Assembly (NCBI GenBank): GCA_964247055.1
Contig: OZ176055.1
Span: 7,068,001 to 7,132,000 of the forward strand
DNA: 64,000 nucleotides
Origin: Paragordius varius
Lineage: Eukaryota > Animalia > Nematomorpha
Direction: 5' to 3'
Shown here: positions 53,150 through 64,000 of the stretch, piece after piece
Layout: the number at the start of each line of letters is the position of its first letter
Position numbering within the stretch: the first letter of the stretch is position 1
Position numbers and translations under genes: made by a program
The notes under the pieces: generated by a model
The model's database searches: none
Seen by the model: only the letters and a program-made list of their open reading frames with translations
Told to the model about the DNA's origin: nothing

Positions 53150-56100
53150 TTGCCAACAATCATATTATACCATATATTTTTTGATATTATCAACAATCAA
53201 CCATATATTGTGAACAATCAAATAATATTTAATGTAATTAAAATATGTTCAATTATATTTTATTGTTTACAATATCAACCATATATTTTTAACAATCAGA
53301 ATATAGATTTTATTGTTTACAATAATCAAAAAATATATTTTTAACCATTAAAAAATATTTTCAAAAATAAAAATATATTACGCAATGATATTTAAATGAT
53401 TAAACAATTAACCATATATTGTTAACAATATAATAATATTTCCAACAATTAATAAATATTACCCAATAACATTTTAATGTTTCCAACAATCAGCCATATA
53501 TTTTCAATAATCAAATTATATTTCAACAATCAATATATATATATTAACCAATAATATATGAATGTTTCCAACAAGCGATACATTTTCAACAATCAAATAA
53601 TATTTTCATCAAAAATATATTACCCAATAACATTTGCAACAATCAACCATATATTTTCAACTATCACTTAATAATTCCTAAAATTAAAATATATTATTGA
53701 ATATCATTTTAATGTTTATAAATAATCACCATATATTTTCAAAAATAAAATAATCCAACATAGCCAATAACATTTAAATGTTTATAAACAATTACCATAT
53801 ATTTTCAAATATCAAATAATATTTCCAACAATCAAAATATTTTTCCCAATAATATTATAATGTTTCCAACAATCAACCATATATTTTCAACAATCAAATA
53901 ATATTCCCAACAATCAAAAATTATTAACCAATAATATTTTAATGTTTCCAACAATCAACCATATATTTTTATCAATAATATTCCCATTTATGAAAAATTA
54001 TTAACCAATAATATTTTAATGTTTCCAACAATCAACCATATATTTTTAACAATCAAATAATATTCTTAACAATCAAAAATTATTACCCAATAATATTTTA
54101 ATGTTTCCAACAAACAACCATATATTTTCAACAATCAAATAATATTCCCAACAATCAAAAATTATTACCCAAAAATATTTTAATGTTTCCAACAATCAAC
54201 CATATATTTTTATCAATCAAATGATATTCCCATTAATGAAAAATTATTACCCAATAATATGTTAATGTTTCCAACAATCAACCATATATTATCAACATCA
54301 ATGGATATTCCAACAATCAAAAATTATTACCAAATAATATTTTAATGTTTCCAACAATAAACTATATATTTTAACAATCAAATAATATTCCCAACAATCA
54401 AAAATTATTACAAAATAATATTTTAATGTTTCCAACAATCAACCATATATTTTCAACAATCAAAAAATATTACCCAATAATATTTTAATGTTTCCAACAA
54501 TCAACCATATATTTTTAACTATCACTTAATAATTCCTAAAATTAAAATATATTACCCAATAACATTTTAATGTTTATAAACAATCACCATATATTTTCAA
54601 AAATCAAATAATATTCCCAACAATCAAAAATTATTACCCAATAATATTTTTATGTTTCCAACAATCAACAAAATATATTTTCAACAATCAAATAATATTA
54701 ATTTCAAAAATCAAAAATTATTACCCAATAATATTTCAATGTTTCCAACAATCAACCATATATTTTAAACAATCAAATAATATTCCCAACATTTAAAAAT
54801 TATAACCCAATAATATTTTAATGTTTCCAACAATCAACAATATATAGTTTCAATAATCAAATAATATTCCCAATACTCAAAAATTATTACCCAATAATAT
54901 TTTAATGTTTCCAACAATCAACCATATATTTTCAACAATCAAATAATATTCCCAACAATCAAAAATTATTACCCAATAATATTTTAATGTTTCCAACAAT
55001 CAACCATATATTTTCAACAATCAAATAATATTCCCAATAATCAAAAATTATTAACCAATAATATTTTAATGTTTCGAACAATCAACCATATATTTTCAAC
55101 AATCAAATAATATTACTTTCAACAATCAAAAATATTTTTCCAATAATATTTTAATGTTTCTAAAAATCAACCATATATTTTCAACAATCAAATAATATTC
55201 CCAACAATCAAAAATTATTAACCAATAATATTTTAATGTTTCCAACAATCAACATATATTTTCAACAATCAAATAATATTCCCAACAATCAAAAATTATT
55301 AACCAATAATATTTTAATTCCAACGATCAACCATATATTTTCAACAATCAAATAATATTACTTTCAACAATCAAAAATATTTTTCCAATAATATTTTAAT
55401 GTTTCTAAAAATCAACCATATATTTTAAACAATCAAATAATATTCCCAACATTTAAAAATTATAACCCAATAATATTTTAATGTTTCCAACAATCAACAA
55501 TATATAGTTTCAATAATCAAATAATATTCCCAATACTCAAAAATTATTACCCAATAATATTTTAATGTTTCCAACAATCAACCATATATTTTCAACAATC
55601 AAATAATATTCCCAACAATCAAAAATTATTACCCAATAATATTTTAATGTTTCCAACAATCAACCATATATTTTCAACAATCAAATAATATTACTTTCAA
55701 CAATCAAAAATATTTTTCCAATAATATTTTAATGTTTCTAAAAATCAACCATATATTTTCAACAATCAAATAATATTCCCCACAATCAAAAATTATTACC
55801 CAATAATATTTTAATGTTTCCAACAATCAACCATATATTTTCAACAATCAAATAATATTCCCAATAATCAAAAATTATTAACCAATAATATTTTAATGTT
55901 TCGAACAATCAACCATATATTTTCAACAATCAAATAATATTCCCAACAATCAAAAATTATTAACCAATAATATTTTAATGTTTCCAACAATCAACCATAT
56001 ATTTTCAACAATCAATTAATATTCCCAACAATCAAAAATTATTAACCAATAATATTTTAATGTTTCCAACGATCAACCATATATTTTCAACAATCAATTA

Positions 56101-59100
56101 ATATTCCCAACAATCAAAAATTATTAACCAATATTATTTTAATGTTTCCAACAATCAACCATATATTTTCAACAATCAATTAATATTCTCATAAATCAAA
56201 TAATAATACCCAATAATATGTTAATGTTTCCAACAATCAACCATATATTTTCAACAATCAATTAATATTCCCAACAATCAAAAATTATTAACCAATAATA
56301 TTTTATGTTTCCAACAATCAACCATATATTTTCAACAATTAATTAATATTCCCAACAATCAAAAATTATTAACCAATAATATTTTAATGTTTCCAACGAT
56401 CAACCATATATTTTCAACAATCAATTAATATTCCCAACAATCAAAAATTATTAACCAATAATATTTTAATGTTTCCAACAATAAACTATATATTTTAACA
56501 ATCAAATAATATTCCCAACAATCAAAAATTATTACCAAATAATATTTTAATGTTTCCAACAATAAACTATATATTTTAACAATCAAATAATATTCCCAAC
56601 AATCAAAAATTATTACAAAATAATATTTTAATGTTTCCAACAATCAACCATATATTTTCAACAATCAAAAAATATTACCCAATAATATTTTAATGTTTCC
56701 AACAATCAACGATATATTTTTAACTATCACTTAATAATTCCTAAAATTAAAATATATTACCCAATAACATTTTAATGTTTATAAACAATCACCATATATT
56801 TTCAAAAATCAAATAATATTCCCAACAATCAAAAATTATTACCCAATAATATTTTTATGTTTCCAACAATCAACAAAATATATTTTCAACAATCAAATAA
56901 TATTAATTTCAAAAATCAAAAATTATTACCCAATAATATTTCAATGTTTCCAACAATCAACCATATATTTTAAACAATCAAATAATATTCCCAACATTTA
57001 AAAATTATAACCCAATAATATTTTAATGTTTCCAACAATCAACAATATATAGTTTCAATAATCAAATAATATTCCCAATACTCAAAAATTATTACCCAAT
57101 AATATTTTAATGTTTCCAACAATCAACCATATATTTTCAACAATCAAATAATATTCCCAACAATCAAAAATTATTACCCAATAATATTTTAATGTTTCCA
57201 ACAATCAACCATATATTTTCAACAATCAAATAATATTCCCAACAATCAAAAATTATTAACCAATAATATTTTAATGTTTCGAACAATCAACCATATATTT
57301 TCAACAATCAAATAATATTACTTTCAACAATCAAAAATATTTTTCCAATAATATTTTAATGTTTCTAAAAATCAACCATATATTTTCAACAATCAAATAA
57401 TATTCCCAACAATCAAAAATTATTAACCAATAATATTTTAATGTTTCGAACAATCAACCATATATTTTCAACAATCAAATAATATTACTTTCAACAATCA
57501 AAAATATTTTTCCAATAATATTTTAATGTTTCTAAAAATCAACCATATATTTTCAACAATCAAATAATATTCCCAACAATCAAAAATTATTAACCAATAA
57601 TATTTTAATGTTTCCAACAATCAACCATATATTTTCAACAATCAAATGATATTCCCAACAATCAAAAATTATTAACCAATAATATTTTAATATTTCCAAC
57701 AATCACCCATATATTTTAGACAATCAAATATAATTCCCAATAATCAAAAATTATTAACCAATAATATTTTAATGTTTCCAACAATCAACCATATATTTTC
57801 AACAATCAAATAATATTCCCAACAATCAAAAATTATTAACCAATAATATTTTAATGTTTCGAACAATCAACCATATATTTTCAACAATCAAATAATATTA
57901 CTTTCAACAATCAAAAATATTTTTCCAATAATATTTTAATGTTTCTAAAAATCAACCATATATTTTCAACAATCAAATAATATTCCCAACAATCAAAAAT
58001 TATTAACCAATAATATTTTAATGTTTCGAACAATCAACCATATATTTTCAACAATCAAATAATATTACTTTCAACAATCAAAAATATTTTTCCAATAATA
58101 TTTTAATGTTTCGAACAATCAACCATATATTTTCAACAATCAATTAATATTCCCAACAATCAAAAATTATTAACCAATAATATGTTAATGTTTCCAACAA
58201 TCAACCATATATTTTCAACAATCAAATAATATTCCCAACAATCAAAAATTATTAACCAATAATATTTTAATTCCAACGATCAACCATATATTTTCAACAA
58301 TCAATTAATATTCCCAACAATCAAAAATTATTAACCAATAATATTTTAATGTTTCCAACAATCAACCATATATTTTCAACAATCAATTAATATTCCCAAC
58401 AATCAAAAATTATTAACCAATAATATTTTAATGTTTCCAACAATCAACCATATAATTTCAACAATCAATTAATATTCCCAACAATCAAAAATTATTAACC
58501 AATAATATTTTAATGTTTCCATCGATCAACCATATATTTTCAACAATCAATTAATATTCCCAACAATCAAAAATTATTAACCAATAATATTTTAATGTTT
58601 CCAACAATCAACCATATATTTTCAACAATCAAATAATATTCCCAACAATCAAAAATTATTACCCAATAATATTTTAATGTTTCCAACAATAAACTATATA
58701 TTTTAACAATCAAATAATATTCCCAACAATCAAAAATTATTACCAAATAATATTTTAATGTTTCCAACAATCAACCATATATTTTCAACAATGAAAAAAC
58801 ATTACCCAATAATATTTTAATGTTTCCAACAATCAACGATATATTTTTAACTATCACTTAATAATTCTTAAAATTAAAATATATTACCCAATAACATTTT
58901 AATGTTTATAAACAATCACCATATATTTTCAAAAATCAAATAATATTCCCAACAATCAAAAATTATTACCCAATAATATTTTTATGTTTCCAACAATCAA
59001 CAAAATATATTTTCAACAATCAAATAATATTCCCAACATTTAAAAATTATAACCCAATAATATTTTAATGTTTCCAACAATCAACCATATATTTTCAACA

Positions 59101-62100
59101 ATCAAATAATATTACTTTCAACAATCAAAAATATTTTTCCAATAATATTTTAATGTTTCTAAAAATCAACCATATATTTTCAACAATCAAATAATATTCC
59201 CCACAATCAAAAATTATTAACGAATAATATTTTAATGTTTCCAACAATCAACCATATATTAATAACAATCAAATAATATTCTCATAAATCAAATAATATT
59301 ACCTAATAATATTTTAATGTTGCCAACAATCAACCATATATTATTAAGAATCAAATAATATTCTCAACAATCAAATAATATTACCCAATAATATTTTAAT
59401 GTTTCCAACAATCCACCATATATTTTCAACAATCAAATAATATTCTCATAAATCAAATAATATTACCTAATAATATTTTAATGTTGCCAACAATCAACCA
59501 TATATTACTAACAATCAAATAATATTACCCAATAATATTTTAATGTTTCCAACAATCCACCATATATTTTCAACAATCAAATAATATTACCCAATAATAT
59601 TTTAATGTTTCCAACAATCAACCATAGATTTTCAACAATCAAATAATATTCCCAGCAATCAAAAATTATTAACCAATAATATTTTAATGTTGCCAACAAT
59701 CAACCATATATTTTCAACAATCAAATAATATTCCCAACAATCAAAAATTATTAACCAATAATATTTTAATGTTTCCAACAATCAACCATATATTTCCAAC
59801 AATCAAATAATATTCTCAACAATAAAATAATATTACCCAATAATATTTTAATGTTGCCAACAAACAACCATATATTATTAAGAATCAAATAATATTCTCA
59901 ACAATCAAATAATATTACCCAATAATATTTTAATGTTGCCAACAATCAACCATATATTATTAAGAATCAAATAATATTCTCAACAATCAAATAATAATAC
60001 CCAATAATATTTTAATGTTGCCAACAATCAACCATATATTCTCAACAATCAAATAATATTCTCAACAATCAAATAATATTACCCAATAATATTTTAATGT
60101 TGCCAACAATCGACCATATATTTTCAACAATCAAATAATATTCCCAGCAATCAAAAATTATTAACCAATAATATTTTAATGTTGCCAACAATCAACCATA
60201 TATTTTCAACAATCAAATAATATTCCCAACAATCAAAAATTATTAACCAATAATATTTTAATGTTTCCAACAATCAACCATATATTTCCAACAATCAAAT
60301 AATATTCTCAACAATCAAATAATATTACCCAATAATATTTTAATGTTGCCAACAATCAACCATATATTATTAAGAATCAAATAATATTCTCAACAATAAA
60401 ATAATATTACCCAATAATATTTTAATGTTGCCAACAATCAACCATATATTATTAAGAATCAAATAATATTCTCAACAATAAAATAATATTACCCAATAAT
60501 ATTTTAATGTTGCCAACAATCAACCATATATTATTAAGAATCAAATAATATTCTCAACAATCAAATAATATTACCCAATAATATTTTAATGTTGCCAACA
60601 ATCAACCATATATTATTAAGAATCAAATAATATTCTCAACAATAAAATAATATTACCCAATAATATTTTAATGTTGCCAACAATCAACCATATATTCTCA
60701 ACAATCAAATAATATTCCCAACAATCAAATAATATTACCCAATAATATTTTAATGTTGCCAACAATCAACCATATATTATTAAGAATCAAATAATATTCT
60801 CAACAATCAAATAATAATACCCAATAATATTTTAATGTTGCCAACAATCAACCATATATTATTAAGAATCAAATAATATTCTCAATAATCAAATAATATT
60901 ACCCAATAATATTTTAATGTTTCCAACAATCAACCATATATTTCCAACAATCAAATAATATTCTCAACAATCAAATAATATTACCCAATAATATTTTAAT
61001 GTTGCCAACAATCAACCATATATTATTAAGAATCAAATAATATTCTCAACAATAAAATAATATTACCCAATAATATTTTAATGTTGCCAACAATCAACCA
61101 TATATTATTAAGAATCAAATAATATTCTCAACAATCAAATAATATTACCCAATAATATTTTAATGTTGCCAACAATCAACCATATATTATTAAGAATCAA
61201 ATAATATTCTCAACAATCAAATAATATTACCCAATAATATTTTAATGTTGCCAACAATCAACCATATATTCTCAACAATCAAATAATATTCCCAACAATC
61301 AAATAATATTACCCAATAATATTTTAATGTTGCCAACAATCAACCATATATTATTAAGAATCAAATAATATTCTCAACAATCAAATAATATTACCCAATA
61401 ATATTTTAATGTTGCCAACAATCAACCATATATTCTCAACAATCAAATAATATTCTCAACAATCAAATAATATTACCCAATAATATTTTAATGTTGCCAA
61501 CAATCAACCATATATTATTAAGAATCAAATAATATTCTCAACAATCAAATAATATTACCCAATAATATTTTAATGTTGCCAACAATCAACCATATATTAT
61601 TAAGAATCAAATAATATTCTCAATAATCAAATAATATTACCCAATAATATTTTAATGTTTCCAACAATCAACCATATATTTTCAACAATCAAATAATATT
61701 CCCAGCAATCAAAAATTATTAACCAATAATATTTTAATGTTGCCAACAATCAACCATATATTTTCAACAATCAAATAATATTCCCAACAATCAAATAATA
61801 TTACCCAATAATATTTTAATGTTGCCAACAAACAACCATATATTATTAAGAATCATATAATATTCTCAACAATCAAATAATATTACCCAATAATATTTTA
61901 ATGTTGCCAACAATCAACCATATATTATTAAGAATCAAATAATATTCTCAACAATCAAATAATATTACCCAATAATATTTTAATGTTGCCAACAATCAAC
62001 CATATATTATTAAGAATCAAATAATATTCTCAACAATCAAATAATATTACTAAATAATATTTTAATGTTTCCAACAATCAACCATATATTTTCAACAATC

Positions 62101-64000
62101 AAATAATATTCCCAGCAATCAAAAATTATTAACCAATAATATTTTAATGTTGCCAACAATCAACCATATATTTTCAACAATCAAATAATATTCCCAACAA
62201 TCAAATAATATTACCCAATAATATTTTAATGTTGCCAACAAACAACCATATATTATTAAGAATCATATAATATTCTCAACAATCAAATAATATTACCCAA
62301 TAATATTTTAATGTTGCCAACAATCAACCATATATTATTAAGAATCAAATAATATTCTCAACAATCAAATAATATTACCCAATAATATTTTAATGTTGCC
62401 AACAATCAACCATATATTATTAAGAATCAAATAATATTCTCAACAATAAAATAATATTACCCAATAATATTTTAATGTTGCCAACAATCAACCATATATT
62501 ATTAAGAATCAAATAATATTCTCAACAATAAAATAATATTACCCAATAATATTTTAATGTTGCCAACAATCAACCATATATTATTAAGAATCAAATAATA
62601 TTCTCAACAATCAAATAATATTACCCAATAATATTTTAATGTTGCCAACAATCAACCATATATTCTCAACAATCAAATAATATTCCCAACAATCAAATAA
62701 TATTACCCAATAATATTTTAATGTTGCCAACAATCAACCATATATTATTAAGAATCAAATAATATTCTCAACAATAAAATAATATTACCCAATAATATTT
62801 TAATGTTGCCAACAATCAACCATATATTATTAAGAATCAAATAATATTCTCAACAATAAAATAATATTACCCAATAATATTTTAATGTTGCCAACAATCA
62901 ACCATATATTATTAAGAATCAAATAATATTCTCAACAATCAAATAATAATACCCAATAATATTTTAATGTTGCCAACAATCAACCATATATTCTCAACAA
63001 TCAAATAATATTCTCAACAATCAAATGATATTACCCAATAATATTTTAATGTTGCCAACAATCAACCATATATTATTAAGAATCAAATAATATTCTCAAC
63101 AATCAAATAATATTACCCAATAATATTTTAATGTTGCCAACAATCAACCATATATTATTAAGAATCAAATAATATTCTCAACAATCAAATAATATTACCC
63201 AATAATATAATGTTTCCAACAAACAACCATATATTATTAAGAATCAAATAATATTACCCAATAATATTTTAAGGTTGCCAACAATCAACCATATATTATT
63301 AAGAATCAAATAATATTCTCAACAATCAAATAATATTACCCAATAATATTTTAATGTTGCCAACAATCAACCATATATTATTAAGAATCAAATAATATTC
63401 TCAACAATCAAATAATATTACCCAATAATATTTTAATGTTGCCAACAATCAACCATATATTATTAACAATCAAATAATATTACCCAATAATATTTTAATG
63501 TTGCCAACAATCAACCATATATTATCAACAATCAAATAATATTCTCAACAGTCAAATAATATTACCCAATAATATTTTAATGTTTCCAACAAACAACCAT
63601 ATATTATTAAGAATCAAATAATATTCTCAACAATCAAATAATATTACCCAATAATATTTTAATGTTGCCAACAATCAACCATATATTATCAACAATCAAA
63701 TAATATTATCAACAATCAAATAATATTACCCAATGATATTTAAATGTTGCCAACAATCAACCATATATTATTAACAATCAAATAATATTCTCAACAATAA
63801 AATAATATTACCCAATAATATTTTAATGTTGCCAACAATCAACCATATATTATTAAGAATCAAATAATATTCTCAACAATAAAATAATATTACCCAATAA
63901 TATTTTAATGTTGCCAACAATCAACCATATATTATTAAGAATCAAATAATATTCTCAACAATCAAATAATATTACCCAATAATATTTTAATGTTGCCAAC
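53150..64000. repeat. 82-bp tandem satellite array, running off the window end
   Basis: The period measured at 54904/54986 is 82 bp. The monomer is AACAATCAACCATATATTTTC + AACAATCAAATAATATTCCC + AACAATCAAAAATTATTACCC + AATAATATTTTAATGTTTCC. It is degenerate over 53150-53850 and homogeneous beyond. Confidence 0.98.

Noticed and set aside
56425-58770. Repetitive minus-strand ORFs (LETLKYY.VIIFDCWEYYLIV...) in the satellite
   Set aside because: These are translations of 81-bp monomer variants; frames break whenever the monomer is 82 bp.
53150-64000. CRISPR-like or telomeric interpretation of the array
   Set aside because: There are no unique spacers or cas genes, the context is eukaryotic, and there is no short G-rich telomerase-type repeat.

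Overview
Very AT-rich animal (bilaterian) genomic DNA, not prokaryotic. There are four host genes, all on the + strand: a Gbx/unplugged homeobox gene (13419-14897), a Lachesin-like three-Ig-domain GPI-anchored adhesion gene (22762-25332), an HNF-class (Hmbox1-like) homeobox gene (38105-~40018) and a Rab11-FIP class I gene with C2 and RBD domains (45341-51013). Three of these genes need 22-28 nt GT-AG micro-introns to restore their conserved reading frames, suggesting a compact-intron lineage such as a mesozoan-type parasite (inference). The intergenic DNA is a transposon graveyard. It holds a young Mag-type Ty3/Gypsy element (28198-32738, LTRs identical by eye, 5-bp TSD, deleted integrase core), an old relative at the window start, RTE LINE, mariner and MULE relics, and hAT, Tc1-type and piggyBac-type MITEs. 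A ~1.75 kb near-spacerless palindrome lies at 41.3-43.1 kb. The last ~11 kb is an 82-bp satellite built from four ~20-bp subunits, with two sequence layers and ~2.1-2.2 kb higher-order duplications. The strongest unexplained signal is a cluster of four miR-10 seed matches plus one 3'-compensatory-type site in the Gbx 3'UTR. All alignments were done by eye; no searches were run.
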